DNA of 64,000 bases. Source: Bacteroidota bacterium. Lineage in GTDB: Bacteria; Bacteroidota; Bacteroidia; Bacteroidales; UBA10428. A model generated the notes under the pieces. The model ran no database searches. It saw only the letters and a list, made by a program, of their open reading frames with translations, and was not told where the DNA came from. Of this stretch, positions 30,206 through 40,774 are shown one piece after another; position 1 is the stretch's first letter; the number at the start of each line of letters is the position of its first letter. The position numbers and the translations under genes are program-made. The DNA is taken from contig QKEH01000114.1 of assembly GCA_003252385.1 (NCBI GenBank), positions 14,440 through 78,439 of the forward strand, given 5' to 3'.

Positions 30206-30219
30206 ATGATAAAAATCAT
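30206..30219. promoter_or_regulatory. Crp/Fnr-like palindrome
   Basis: ATGAT-AAAA-ATCAT upstream of the hybrid kinase; resembles TTGAT-N4-ATCAA. Confidence 0.4.
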
Positions 30220-30361
30220 CCCAAGCAACGTTTTTAAACAGACTCTCCGATTTTGGACAGGGTCATTTCGATACGATCCTGCAGCAGCTCATAAAGCAGG
30301 TCGGCATGTAAGAATTACTGGCTAAGGAAGTAACTAATGTTATTGTATTTTGCGCGAAACC

Positions 30362-30784
30362 TCAGGCCAGCCACTTCCTGAGCGATTTGATGGAATCCGG
30401 ATCCAGCTCGGTGAGCATAGCAATTCCTTTATGCCCCTTCAGATTTTGAATGGCTTCCTTCATGGCAAATAAAGAACCCTCTGTACGAATAATCAGAAGA
30501 TAATCCACCTGCTTCAGTTCGGGGATAAAATAGTGGTTGCCCGAGCGATTTACGACCAAGGTCAGTTTTTCAATCTCCTCATGCGATAAATCGGCATACT
30601 GACGGAAATGTAATACCTCCTTCTTCTGTTCAACCACAGCATCTTCAGCCATAGCCAGTTGAATTCCCAGCTGATCATTGAGCAGCATACACAGTTTTAG
30701 TTCCGGTTCCGATGAGGCGATGGCGTATATCGCGATTTCTTCATCGGCAGGGGTATCGGAGTACTTCAGTATTGCTTTCTTCAC
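30362..30784 (-). CDS. IPExxxVDY family protein
   Basis: Signature IPELKQVDY; lies downstream of rnc. Confidence 0.85.
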   Translation of the reverse strand: MKKAILKYSDTPADEEIAIYAIASSEPELKLCMLLNDQLGIQLAMAEDAVVEQKKEVLHFRQYADLSHEEIEKLTLVVNRSGNHYFIPELKQVDYLLIIRTEGSLFAMKEAIQNLKGHKGIAMLTELDPDSIKSLRKWLA

Positions 30785-30795
30785 CTGAATAAATT

Positions 30796-31575
30796 TTAAA
30801 GCCCAAGCATTTGAATAGCTTGCTTGGATGCATTTTGTTCGGCTTCCTTTTTCGATTTACCCATGCCCATCCCCACAATTTCATCAAAAACAAGCAAGTG
30901 CGAAACAAATACGGGTTTTTTTGTTCGCGCGGAAACCTGTTCCTGACTGGTGAAATTAATGTCTTTCCGGTTTTTTTGACCCCATTCGATGATACGACTT
31001 TTAAAGTCGGTCTCCGTTTCGATGAGTTTATTCAGATTAATATGTTTCTGAAGCAATTTTTGGGTAATGAAACGTTTTACCTTACCGTATCCTTTATCCA
31101 GATAAATGGCGCCTATTAATGCCTCTAACGCGTCTCCGTACAAGCCAATGTGAGTGTCGCTGGTCAGATTGGAGACAATTAATTTATCCAGCCCCATGGT
31201 AAGCGCAACATTCCGCAGGGTCTCCCGGTTAACAATCTTGGAACGCATTTGGGTCAGAAAACCCTCGTCGCGACCGGGATAGCTTTCATAAAGATGTTCG
31301 GCAATCACACTATCCAGAATGGCATCGCCCAAAAACTCAAGACGTTCGTTATGAATATCGTTTTGTTTGGAAAAACGCGATGCAGCTGACTTATGAATCA
31401 GCGCCAATTGGTATACGGCATACCTCTTGGGTTTAAAGCCCAGAATTTCCTTGATCTGACGCTTAAAATGTTTATCGAGTGGGTAAAAATTCCTCTTCCT
31501 TTCAGAAATCGATCGAAGCAATGGTTTACTCAAACCTTTTGAAAATTGCAGAAGTATTGTGCCCTCCAAAACCAA
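30796..31575 (-). CDS. rnc: Ribonuclease III
   Basis: NERLEFLGDAIL, DALEALIGAIYLD and dsRBD GKSKKEAEQNA. The true start is probably near the fabF stop (~31520). Confidence 0.93.
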   Translation of the reverse strand: MVLEGTILLQFSKGLSKPLLRSISERKRNFYPLDKHFKRQIKEILGFKPKRYAVYQLALIHKSAASRFSKQNDIHNERLEFLGDAILDSVIAEHLYESYPGRDEGFLTQMRSKIVNRETLRNVALTMGLDKLIVSNLTSDTHIGLYGDALEALIGAIYLDKGYGKVKRFITQKLLQKHINLNKLIETETDFKSRIIEWGQKNRKDINFTSQEQVSARTKKPVFVSHLLVFDEIVGMGMGKSKKEAEQNASKQAIQMLGL

Positions 31576-32776
31576 ATGTATTGCTTAAGGCCACATTCAC
31601 TTTACGCTCCTGAGCCACATTAGCAGTTAAATTTAGTTTGGAATCAATCTGTGGATCCAACTCATTGAGGTTGATAGTTGGGGGAACCAGATTATGAACA
31701 ATCGACTTGATTGCGGCAATGGCCTCAATGGCTCCGGCAGCACCCAGCAAGTGCCCGGTCATCGATTTGGTTGAACTGATGTTCAACTTGTAAGCATGAT
31801 CGCCAAAAACCTTTTTTATTGCTTTAGTTTCGGCAATATCTCCTAGTGGAGTGGAGGTTCCGTGAACATTAACATAGTCCATCTCTTCCGGGTTCAGCCC
31901 AGCATCTTCTAACGCGAACTTCATCACGTTCGCAGCGCCAATCCCTTCGGGATGAGGAGCCGTAAGATGATAGGCATCGGCAGTAAGACCTCCTCCAACC
32001 AGTTCGCAAATGATATGTGCACCACGTTTTTTAGCATGTTCCAGCTCCTCCAAAACGAGTACTCCGGCACCTTCGCCCATCACAAAACCATCGCGGGTTA
32101 CATCAAAAGGACGAGAAGCAGTCCGGAACTCATCGTTGTTGGTTGAAAGTGCCTGTAAGGCATTAAATCCGCCAATTCCCGGAGGGGTTATGGAAGCTTC
32201 AGAACCACCCGAGATGAATACATCGGCCTTGCCCAGTCGGATGTAATTGTATGCATCGATAATGGCGTTGGTAGATGTGGCACAGGCCGACACCGTGGCA
32301 TAGTTTGGCCCACGGAAACCATATTTCATCGATATTTGTCCCGCTGCAATATCCAAAATCATCTTGGGAATAAAGAACGGGTTAAAACGCGGAACTTCAT
32401 TATTCTGAAGGAAGCCCTTCATTTCTTCGTAGAAGGTGTTAAAACCACCTATACCCGAGCCAAAGATCACCCCGGCCTTATCGAGGTTTAGTTTCTCCAG
32501 ATCCAATCCGGCTTGCTTCATTGCCTCATCAGCAGCCACCAGGGCATACTGACAATACAAATCCAGCTTACGTGCCTCTTTTCGGTCGAAGTGATCTTGG
32601 GGGTCAAATCCTTTAATCTCGCATGCAAACTTAGTCTTAAAGTTTGTGGGATCGAAATGAGTAATCATTTCGGAACCACTGGTCCCTTTAATCAGGTTCG
32701 TCCAGTATTCCTCAACATTGTTGCCAATAGGAGTTAAAGCTCCTATACCTGTAACAGCTACTCTCTTCAATTCCAT
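31526..32776 (-). CDS. fabF: Beta-ketoacyl-ACP synthase II
   Basis: SACATS, HGTST, GHLLGAAG and NTFGFGGHN motifs. Confidence 0.97.
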   Translation of the reverse strand: MELKRVAVTGIGALTPIGNNVEEYWTNLIKGTSGSEMITHFDPTNFKTKFACEIKGFDPQDHFDRKEARKLDLYCQYALVAADEAMKQAGLDLEKLNLDKAGVIFGSGIGGFNTFYEEMKGFLQNNEVPRFNPFFIPKMILDIAAGQISMKYGFRGPNYATVSACATSTNAIIDAYNYIRLGKADVFISGGSEASITPPGIGGFNALQALSTNNDEFRTASRPFDVTRDGFVMGEGAGVLVLEELEHAKKRGAHIICELVGGGLTADAYHLTAPHPEGIGAANVMKFALEDAGLNPEEMDYVNVHGTSTPLGDIAETKAIKKVFGDHAYKLNISSTKSMTGHLLGAAGAIEAIAAIKSIVHNLVPPTINLNELDPQIDSKLNLTANVAQERKVNVALSNTFGFGGHNTSAIFKRFE

Positions 32777-32805
32777 AAATACAAGATTAGTCTACGTAAG
32801 AAAAA

Positions 32806-33042
32806 TTACTTTGCGTTCTCTTCGATGTAAGCAATAGCATCCTTAACAGTACCAATTTTTTCAGCTTGGTCGTCGGGAATACCAATGTTGAATTCTTTCT
32901 CGAATTCCATAATTAGCTCCACTGTATCCAGTGAGTCTGCACCTAAATCGTTGGTGAAGCTGGCTTCGGAAGTAACTTCACTTTCATCAACACCGAGTTT
33001 GTCAACGATAATAGCTTTTACTCTAGATGCAATATCAGACAT
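32806..33042 (-). CDS. acpP: Acyl carrier protein
   Basis: [12 protein letters not shown] phosphopantetheine site. Confidence 0.98.
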   Translation of the reverse strand: MSDIASRVKAIIVDKLGVDESEVTSEASFTNDLGADSLDTVELIMEFEKEFNIGIPDDQAEKIGTVKDAIAYIEENAK

Positions 33043-33207
33043 AGTTCAAAATTTAAATTATACTTAGGATTAAAAATTAACGGTGCAAAGAAATGCAATA
33101 ATTGAAAAAAAACAAACAAAAACATTGAATTATTGCCGTAAAAATAGCTTTTTTTGCCCAAAATTTCGGTGATTTATTTCTTACTGATAAACACTACGCA
33201 TTTGATT

Positions 33208-33789
33208 ATGAAACAAATAGCCATATTTGCCTCGGGATCGGGCTCGAATGCCCAAGCCATTGTTGAGTACTTTCAAAACCATAACCAGATCCGGGTCGCC
33301 TGCATTCTCTCGAACCGTCCTGATGCCTACGTTCTGGAGCGGGCAAAACAACTGAATGTTCCGGCTTACACCTTTACCCGACAAGAGTACCAGGAGGGGG
33401 CAACCATTCGCCAGATTCTGCAAAACCATCAGATCGATTTCATCGTTCTGGCTGGTTTCCTTTGGCTCATTCCCGGGTATCTGCTGGAGGCCTTTCCAAA
33501 GGCAATGATCAACATACACCCGGCCTTATTGCCAAAATTTGGAGGAAAAGGCATGTTTGGCATGCATGTTCACAATGCCGTGGTGGCACAGGGCGAAAAA
33601 GAATCGGGAATCAGCATACACTACGTCAACGAGCACTACGATGAAGGAGATATTATTTACCAGGCAACCTGCCCGATAACCGTCTCGGACACCCCGCAAC
33701 ACGTAGCCCAAAAGGTCCACCAGTTAGAATACCTCCATTTCCCAAGAATCATTGAACAAGTGGTGCTTCAGCTACCGGAACGTCATTAA
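33208..33789 (+). CDS. purN: Phosphoribosylglycinamide formyltransferase
   Basis: ASGSGSNA, NIHPALLP and YDEG motifs; start at ATG 33208. Confidence 0.95.
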   Translation: MKQIAIFASGSGSNAQAIVEYFQNHNQIRVACILSNRPDAYVLERAKQLNVPAYTFTRQEYQEGATIRQILQNHQIDFIVLAGFLWLIPGYLLEAFPKAMINIHPALLPKFGGKGMFGMHVHNAVVAQGEKESGISIHYVNEHYDEGDIIYQATCPITVSDTPQHVAQKVHQLEYLHFPRIIEQVVLQLPERH

Positions 33790-35039
33790 TTGACGGTCTG
33801 AAGCAATTGGATTACCCGGGTTTTTACGGAGTCGAAGGCAGCCCGGTTTGCTTCGTGAACCGGTTCCACCGGAGGTGCTTCCACTTTAAGCGGATCAATG
33901 GGCTTGCCATTCATGTAGAAGCGGAAGTCCAAATGAGCGCCTGTAGCCAAACCGGTTGCACCCACATAGCCAATTACATCGCCTTGTTTAACATGGGCTC
34001 CGGTTTGAATTCCTTTAGCAAAGCCCTTAAGATGCAGGTAAGCCGTAGAATACACTCCATTGTGTTTGATCTTGACAAAGTTACCTCCCCCACGGTTGTA
34101 GCCATGACTGGCTTCAATCACTTTTCCATCGCCAATGGACTGAACCGGTGTACCGGCGGGGGCCGCATAGTCGACCCCGTGATGGGGGCGGCGGATTTTC
34201 AGTACCGGATGCATCCGAGAGTTCGAAAAATGAGAACTTACGCGGGAAAAACGCAAGGGCGCCTTCAAAAAGGCCTTACGCAGGCTTTGCCCTTCCAGGT
34301 CATAAAAACTCACTATACTGTCCTGTTCGAAGGGTATGGCATAATACTCGGTACCTCCGTTGCGGAAGTAAGCCCCGTAAATTTGCCCCAAACCCACAGC
34401 CAAGGTATCCACATATTGTTCATCATACACTACACAAAAGCTATCGGCCGGTTGCAGACCAAAAAAGTCGATCGTCCAGGCATAAATCTCGGAGAGCTCA
34501 TTGGCCATAACCGGGTTGGCACCTCCTTCTACCATGGCATTCCACAGCGAAGACCGGATACTTCCCGTTGCTCTTCGCTGAATGGTAGTAACCTCCTTCT
34601 GCCCCATGCGTATGGGCATAGAATCCGCCATAGCAAACAGGACATAATCAATAGGGGTATGCTCGTAAACCAGGTACCGCAGGGTATGTAACGAATCGTT
34701 ATTGAAGAAAAGCGCGTATTTGTTACCCGCCCGTATTTTTCGCAAATCGAATGCAGGATTGCCGCTCCCCACCAGTCTGGCTATGGCGCCTTCGGGCAGG
34801 TTGTATTCGCTGAGTATGGACAGCAACATCTGGTTCGGTCTCACCTCATCAAACTGAATATCGAACGAATCTACCGGTAACCCGTAAAGTTGAATCACTT
34901 CCCGGGGGACTTGTATAGAATCTGCCACCATGGCCCCACGCCCTCTGGGTATGAAATGGTAGGTATAAAAACAGCTTCCGGCTATGGTTAAAATGAGAAC
35001 CGATACCACGGTTATAATCTTCCAATGTTTACGAATCAT
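33786..35039 (-). CDS. M23 family peptidoglycan DD-endopeptidase (MepM-like)
   Basis: N-terminal TM; HHGVD (HxxxD), YLHL and ATGAHLDF motifs. Confidence 0.9.
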   Translation of the reverse strand: MIRKHWKIITVVSVLILTIAGSCFYTYHFIPRGRGAMVADSIQVPREVIQLYGLPVDSFDIQFDEVRPNQMLLSILSEYNLPEGAIARLVGSGNPAFDLRKIRAGNKYALFFNNDSLHTLRYLVYEHTPIDYVLFAMADSMPIRMGQKEVTTIQRRATGSIRSSLWNAMVEGGANPVMANELSEIYAWTIDFFGLQPADSFCVVYDEQYVDTLAVGLGQIYGAYFRNGGTEYYAIPFEQDSIVSFYDLEGQSLRKAFLKAPLRFSRVSSHFSNSRMHPVLKIRRPHHGVDYAAPAGTPVQSIGDGKVIEASHGYNRGGGNFVKIKHNGVYSTAYLHLKGFAKGIQTGAHVKQGDVIGYVGATGLATGAHLDFRFYMNGKPIDPLKVEAPPVEPVHEANRAAFDSVKTRVIQLLQTVN

Positions 35040-35042
35040 CTC

Positions 35043-37706
35043 TTAAGCAACTACAATATTTACAATCTTATTGGGCACTACAATTATTTTACGTACCTCA
35101 TGCCCTTCGATCCATTTCAGAGCTTTCTCGTGGGTTAAGGCGGCCTTTTCTACCTCTTCCTTAGTGGCAGCAATAGGCATTGGCAGCTTAAAACGCATTT
35201 TACCGTTGAAGGAAACCGGATACTCAAAACTGTCTTCCTGCAGGTATTGCTCGTCTACTTCGGGCCAGGGCTCGTATGCTATGGTAGTGCCGGCACCATA
35301 CAATTGCCATAGCTCTTCGGCCAAATGCGGGGCAAAGGGCGACAACAGTTTAGTGAATACCTGAGCTGTTTCCTTTTGAACTTTCCCTTTTTTCATGGCC
35401 AGATTGGTAACAATCATCAGCTGGGAAATGGCGGTATTAAATTTCAGTCCTTCAATATCGGAACCTATTTTCCGAATACTCTGATGCAGCAACTTCATCA
35501 TTTCGGCATCATCGGGCTCCGAACCAATATTCTGCGGATCGGCAAAGAAACGGTACACCCGGCAAAGAAAGTTGTAAACCCCCTTAACTCCGGTATCGAC
35601 CCAGGGTTTAGTGGCATCCAACGGCCCCATAAACATCTCGTACAGTCGAAGACTATCGGCACCATAATTGGTGGTAACATCGTCGGGGTTTACCACATTT
35701 TTAAGCGATTTCGACATTTTAGCCACAATCTGGTTCAGTTCCGCCCCCGTGTTCGTATGGAAAAACTTACCGTCCTTCTCCTCTACCTCATCGGAAGGTA
35801 CTTTAGATCCGGTTTCGGTTTCGTAAGCAAAAGCGAGGATCATGCCCTGGTTAAACAGTTTTTTGTAAGGCTCGTCGGTGGAAACAATACCCAAGTCGTA
35901 AAGTACCTTATGCCAGAAGCGGCTGTATAGTAAATGAAGAACAGCATGCTCGGCACCTCCTATATAAAGGTCAACGGGCATCCAGTAATTCTCTTTGGCT
36001 TTATCAAAAGGAGCTTCCGGATTTCTAGGATCGATATACCGGAGATAGTACCAGCACGATCCCGCCCATTGGGGCATGGTGTTGGTTTCGCGGCGGAATT
36101 TCCCTTTATCATCGGTGCCATACAACCAATCGGAGGCATTGGCCAGTGGCGACTCACCGTCGTCGCCGGGCTTGAACGCTTCCAGCTCGGGAAGGGTAAC
36201 CGGCAATTCGTGGTCGGGCACTACGGCAATGGAACCATCTTCGTAATGTTTTACCGGAAAAGGCTCTCCCCAGTAACGTTGACGGCTAAAGAGCCAGTCG
36301 CGCAGTTTGTAATTGACAGCCGCTTTTCCCAGTCCCTTGCCTACCAGCCATTGGGTGGTAGTTTTTATCCCCTGCTCCTTATTCAATCCGTTAATATCCA
36401 AACCTTCACTACCGTCCGAGTTGATATAGGCTCCATCCTCCGTCCAGCAGGCAGTTCCGTTCAATACGTGCTGCTTAATTTCCGGATCGGCGGTTTTGGG
36501 TTCAAGTATACAGATAACGGGCAGATTAAACTGGCGGGCAAACTCAAAATCGCGGGTATCGTGGGCAGGCACGGCCATAATGGCTCCGGTTCCATAACCC
36601 ATCAGCACGTAGTCGGCCACCCAAATCGGGATGCGTTTTGCGTTAACCGGGTTGATGGCATAACGACCGGTAAAAACCCCTGTTTTTTCCTTGGCCAGTT
36701 CGGTACGGTCTAAATCCGATTTCATAGCAGCCGCTTTCACATAAGCATCTACGTGGCTCTTTTGCTCTCCGGTAACGATATCCCCCAACATGGCATGCTC
36801 CGGGGCAATAACCATATAGGTTGCCCCAAACAGGGTATCGGGGCGGGTGGTATACACCCGGAGTTTTTCCGTCAGCCCATCTACTTCAAAATCCACTTCG
36901 GCACCCGTTGATTTGCCAATCCAGTTGCGTTGCATGTCCTTCACACTCTCCGGCCATTCGGAAAGGGTATCCAGACCGGTAAGCAAGCGTTCGGCATACA
37001 AAGGTATCCGCAGCATCCACTGCTTCAGGTTTTTTCGTTCTACTTCCCTGGTGCCACATTTCTCGTGCGAACCATCGTTGAGCACTTCCTCGTTGGCACA
37101 AACAATCTTACAATGCTTACACCACCAAACCTGGGCATTATCGTAATAGGCCAACCGTTTGGCATCGGTATATTCGCGTACCGCATGGCTTCCCCTGGCT
37201 TTTATCTCATCCGGTATGGGAAGCTCATCAATAGGACGTCCTTTTTCCTGTTCCTTATCGAACCAGGTATGGTACAAACGAATAAATATCCATTGGGTCC
37301 ATTGGTAATAATCGGTATCGGTGGTATTGATTTCACGATCCCAGTCGTAGCTCAATCCCAACGATTTGATCTGACGCCGGAAAGTGTCGCAGTTTTTTAG
37401 TGTGGTAATTGAAGGATGGGTTCCGGTTTGAATGGCATATTGCTCGGCCGGAAGCCCAAAGGCATCCCAGCCCATGGGATGCAGCACATTGTATCCGTTC
37501 ATTCGTTTATACCGGCTTACAATATCGGAAGCAGTATAACCTTCGGGGTGCCCCACGTGCAGTCCGCTACCCGAAGGATAGGGAAACATGTCGAGTGCAT
37601 AAAATTTCTTCGGATTGGAAATATCGTCGCGGGTTTTAAAGGTTTTATTCTCCTCCCAATAGGCCTGCCATTTCTTCTCGATATCGGTAAAATTATATTC
37701 CATCAA
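35043..37706 (-). CDS. leuS: Leucine--tRNA ligase
   Basis: [18 protein letters not shown] editing motif, [12 protein letters not shown] and KMSKS. Confidence 0.97.
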   Translation of the reverse strand: MMEYNFTDIEKKWQAYWEENKTFKTRDDISNPKKFYALDMFPYPSGSGLHVGHPEGYTASDIVSRYKRMNGYNVLHPMGWDAFGLPAEQYAIQTGTHPSITTLKNCDTFRRQIKSLGLSYDWDREINTTDTDYYQWTQWIFIRLYHTWFDKEQEKGRPIDELPIPDEIKARGSHAVREYTDAKRLAYYDNAQVWWCKHCKIVCANEEVLNDGSHEKCGTREVERKNLKQWMLRIPLYAERLLTGLDTLSEWPESVKDMQRNWIGKSTGAEVDFEVDGLTEKLRVYTTRPDTLFGATYMVIAPEHAMLGDIVTGEQKSHVDAYVKAAAMKSDLDRTELAKEKTGVFTGRYAINPVNAKRIPIWVADYVLMGYGTGAIMAVPAHDTRDFEFARQFNLPVICILEPKTADPEIKQHVLNGTACWTEDGAYINSDGSEGLDINGLNKEQGIKTTTQWLVGKGLGKAAVNYKLRDWLFSRQRYWGEPFPVKHYEDGSIAVVPDHELPVTLPELEAFKPGDDGESPLANASDWLYGTDDKGKFRRETNTMPQWAGSCWYYLRYIDPRNPEAPFDKAKENYWMPVDLYIGGAEHAVLHLLYSRFWHKVLYDLGIVSTDEPYKKLFNQGMILAFAYETETGSKVPSDEVEEKDGKFFHTNTGAELNQIVAKMSKSLKNVVNPDDVTTNYGADSLRLYEMFMGPLDATKPWVDTGVKGVYNFLCRVYRFFADPQNIGSEPDDAEMMKLLHQSIRKIGSDIEGLKFNTAISQLMIVTNLAMKKGKVQKETAQVFTKLLSPFAPHLAEELWQLYGAGTTIAYEPWPEVDEQYLQEDSFEYPVSFNGKMRFKLPMPIAATKEEVEKAALTHEKALKWIEGHEVRKIIVVPNKIVNIVVA

Positions 37707-37808
37707 TATGCGGTTTTGATAATCGGTGAGTGCACTTCCTTAAAATAGTGGTGATTTCAAGTGCACAAAAGTAACAAAAGTTGAATTATTTGAAAGTATA
37801 GCAGTTTT

Positions 37809-38708
37809 TTATAGCCGCTTTGTACCCGAACGTGAATATGTACTATTAATCAGATACACACCCAGTAAAATAGTAAGCATGCACCCCAGGTGCAGGTAGG
37901 TCAGCCTTTCGCCATACAGCAGCCCCCAGCCCATAGCAAAAACAGGTATAATATAGGTAACGGTGGAAGCAAAAATGGCCGTTGCGTAACGGATAAGACT
38001 GTTCATTAATACCATTGCCAAAGCGGTTCCAACCACCCCCAGGAATAATACAGCCGACAGATCGATCATCCAGGTTTTTGAAACCGTAATATGATGAACA
38101 TCGGTGGTTAGGAAATATACCAGTGCTACCGGGGTAATAAAGAAAAACGACAACGAAGTGATTTCAACCCCTTTCAGATGCGTGAGCCTGGCCTTCACCA
38201 AATTTACATTAGCCGCATAACTTGCGGTAGCCATCACAATGAGCACTGCATAAAAGTCGACATTTTTTAGCGACATGGTACTACCTGCAGCCATTAGTCC
38301 TAAAGCGCCAGCCATTCCAAGAAACAGTCCAACGCCTTGCCACCAGGTTGCCCGCATCTTAAAACAAAGAAAGCCGATGATAAAGGTAAAAACCGGAGTC
38401 ATGGTATTCAACATTCCGGCCAGAGCACTTTCAATATGGGTTTGTCCCCGGGCGTATAAAAGGGCAGGAATTAAACCTCCCAAAAAGCCCGACATGGCCA
38501 AATGGAACAGATCCTTTAGTGATTTATGTTTAAAATGCCTTATTGCCAGGGGAAGCAACACCAAACCGGCCGCCATCATACGTACAGTTGCCACCTGCCC
38601 GCCGGACAAGCTGCGCAACGCCAGTTTGGTAAGAATGAAAGAACCTCCCCAAATAAAAGCCAGCAAGAATAAAATCATACCCTGAAACCACCTCTTCTGC
38701 CAATTCAT
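37809..38708 (-). CDS. EamA/DMT family transporter
   Basis: About ten TMs in two EamA repeats; IWGGSF motif. Confidence 0.88.
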   Translation of the reverse strand: MNWQKRWFQGMILFLLAFIWGGSFILTKLALRSLSGGQVATVRMMAAGLVLLPLAIRHFKHKSLKDLFHLAMSGFLGGLIPALLYARGQTHIESALAGMLNTMTPVFTFIIGFLCFKMRATWWQGVGLFLGMAGALGLMAAGSTMSLKNVDFYAVLIVMATASYAANVNLVKARLTHLKGVEITSLSFFFITPVALVYFLTTDVHHITVSKTWMIDLSAVLFLGVVGTALAMVLMNSLIRYATAIFASTVTYIIPVFAMGWGLLYGERLTYLHLGCMLTILLGVYLINSTYSRSGTKRL

Positions 38709-38830
38709 ACCTTATTTTTGGGTGAAGCTAAATCTATTTTACGGGAAGCGCAACAAAGGGAATAAATTCGGTATTTTTCTGGAAACAATTTTCTGACCTT
38801 CCTAAAAAGTACTACATTTGCGCCCGAAAC

Positions 38831-38907
38831 GGTCCCGTAGTTCAGTTGAATAGAACGTCAGATTCCGGTTCTGAAGGTCGGGGGTTTGAATCCCTCCGGG
38901 ATCACCA
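38831..38907 (+). tRNA. tRNA-Arg(CCG)
   Basis: Cloverleaf with acceptor GGTCCCG/CGGGATC, anticodon arm TCAGA-TTCCGGT-TCTGA and encoded CCA; TACATTTG promoter element at 38813-38820. Confidence 0.95.
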
Positions 38908-38915
38908 ATAATCAT

Positions 38916-38960
38916 GGAGTGTAAGTTCCGAACAGGAGTTGGAATTTGCACTCTTTTTTT
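38916..38960 (+). terminator. Terminator after tRNA-Arg
   Basis: GGAGTGTAAGTTCC...GGAATTTGCACTCT hairpin plus a T-run. Confidence 0.8.
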
Positions 38961-39145
38961 GTTTGGTATCAGCGGGCAAATTGTAATTCGCTAGTTCCAG
39001 AGCATCCCCCAATTATTTACAGAAAGCACTTTTTGAATTTCGCACTACAGCACAAACAGCACCTCTCAGAAGTCAGTTAGTTATGTGTTCCGGCATCCCC
39101 TTACAGCACCTGTCCATCCGTCCATCACGCTGTGGCTATGCAGAA

Positions 39146-39181
39146 AATAAAAAAGGAGAGCCTCAGCTCTCCTTTTTTATT
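39146..39181. terminator. Intrinsic terminator of the exbB/exbD operon (bidirectional shape)
   Basis: AATAAAAAAGGAGAGC-ctca-GCTCTCCTTTTTTATT. Confidence 0.88.
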
Positions 39182-39199
39182 CGTTCTATTTCTGCTCCA

Positions 39200-39685
39200 C
39201 TATCGTCCGGCTTTTAATGCCTCAATGGCATCGCCTTCGAAAGTAGAATAGTTAATCTTCAGTGCACTGGCTTTCCGAAGTTCCTGTTTAACATCGGTAA
39301 CAATACCCATTTCGGTGTTGCCATCAATTTTAAGGGACACGGTCATTTTACTACGTTTGTTTTCGTCAGTAGCTTCCCGTTTTGCAGCCACAAAGTCCCG
39401 TATTTGTTCGGGTTCAGCAAACGAATCGTTTAACTGAATGCGGGGAACGGTACCAAAAACTTTTTTATTCGTAGGCTTTCCAATGTAGATGTAGCTCACC
39501 AAAGCTTTGTCTTCCAACTTTTTTACCTCACTGGCTGTAGGAGCAGCAATGTCGACCCGAAGTTCCACTTCACGCATAACCGTGGTTACCATGAAAAAGA
39601 ACAAGAGCATAAACACGATATCGGGCAGGGAAGCAGTAGAGATCGCTGCCATCGATTTTTTTCCGCCTTTTCTAAATTTCGACAT
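39200..39685 (-). CDS. exbD: Biopolymer transporter ExbD/TolR family
   Basis: SLPDIVFMLLFFFMV TM with the conserved Asp. Confidence 0.88.
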   Translation of the reverse strand: MSKFRKGGKKSMAAISTASLPDIVFMLLFFFMVTTVMREVELRVDIAAPTASEVKKLEDKALVSYIYIGKPTNKKVFGTVPRIQLNDSFAEPEQIRDFVAAKREATDENKRSKMTVSLKIDGNTEMGIVTDVKQELRKASALKINYSTFEGDAIEALKAGR

Positions 39686-39686
39686 A

Positions 39687-40271
39687 TTACTTTCCTCCTA
39701 TGTTTCGGGGTTCAGCTTCGGATACCTTGCGCGGAACAACTGTTTCTACGGCAGCTATTTTATCTTGATCTTCCAGATCGTCGTAACGAACTCCGAATTT
39801 CCTTAAACTAAATTCATCGCGAAGATCATTGATTGCCGCATTTAACTCGTTTTGCACTGCGATATACATTTTATACGAGGTACCCCTGTCGTTCTGCAGG
39901 GATATCACGTGCTTGGTGGTAAGTTCCATAGGCCCGAAGAACGGCACATCCACAATCTCCTTAACCGGCAAGTCGGGCTCATCGTAAGGGTTGAGAATGA
40001 AATTCTTGGTGGCCTGTCGAAGATCCTTAATATCCATTTGCTCTCCTTCCACCAACAGCTTATCATCGCGGTTTACCAGTACCACAAAGATATTTCGTTC
40101 CTTAACATCTACCTTTTCATCTTGCTGTTTCTCCTCAGGCATGGGAGGCAGCTTGGTGATGATACCCATATCGGTATCCATGGTGGTAGAAACCAGGAAG
40201 AAGATAAGCAACAGGAAGGCAATATCGGCCATAGACCCTGCATTGATCTCCTGAATCTCTCTTTTTGCCAT
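39687..40271 (-). CDS. exbD: Biopolymer transporter ExbD/TolR family
   Basis: NAGSMADIAFLLLIFFLV TM with the conserved Asp. Confidence 0.88.
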   Translation of the reverse strand: MAKREIQEINAGSMADIAFLLLIFFLVSTTMDTDMGIITKLPPMPEEKQQDEKVDVKERNIFVVLVNRDDKLLVEGEQMDIKDLRQATKNFILNPYDEPDLPVKEIVDVPFFGPMELTTKHVISLQNDRGTSYKMYIAVQNELNAAINDLRDEFSLRKFGVRYDDLEDQDKIAAVETVVPRKVSEAEPRNIGGK

Positions 40272-40307
40272 AATTACTTCTTTTATTAAGCAACCGGAGT
40301 TGCGTTT

Positions 40308-40763
40308 TTACTTTATTGCACGGTATACTTCGGTGGCAATAATGCCCACGAAAGCCACTACAGCTAAAATGTAGGTAGCATTCAGCCCGGTACCCACCCA
40401 CTTAAGAGTTGCCTCCGAAGGAGTTGGTATCTGGGGGTTCAAAATTGACAGTGGCTCGCTGGATGCAGTGAAATAGGATACAACGAACAACACCCCTCCA
40501 AGAACCAGAGCAATAAGCGCCCCTTTCAAAACTTTTGGACTGGATAAAATATTAGCGAAAGAAAACACCAATGTTGCCAGGGTAGCAATGGCGAAAAGAA
40601 TTCCTGACCAAACGAGTACCAGCGAAGTATAGGTTTTTGCTTCAAATGGTGTTCCTACTGTCTCGGGCACACTGCCTCCCAGGTAGTAAAACCCGGCAAA
40701 GACAATGGATAGTCCTGTTATAATGGTGAGTACAACAGAAGATATTTTTTGAATACCTGTCAT
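40308..40763 (-). CDS. Four-TM membrane protein within the ExbB/ExbD operon
   Basis: Four hydrophobic segments; tightly spaced between exbB and exbD. Confidence 0.75.
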   Translation of the reverse strand: MTGIQKISSVVLTIITGLSIVFAGFYYLGGSVPETVGTPFEAKTYTSLVLVWSGILFAIATLATLVFSFANILSSPKVLKGALIALVLGGVLFVVSYFTASSEPLSILNPQIPTPSEATLKWVGTGLNATYILAVVAFVGIIATEVYRAIK

Positions 40764-40774
40764 GATACGTTTCC

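Noticed and set aside
33807-34691. 294-aa plus-strand ORF, and similar long antisense ORFs at 13859, 35934, 48673 and 60844
   Set aside because: They lie opposite well-supported genes and carry no recognisable motifs; codon-bias shadows.
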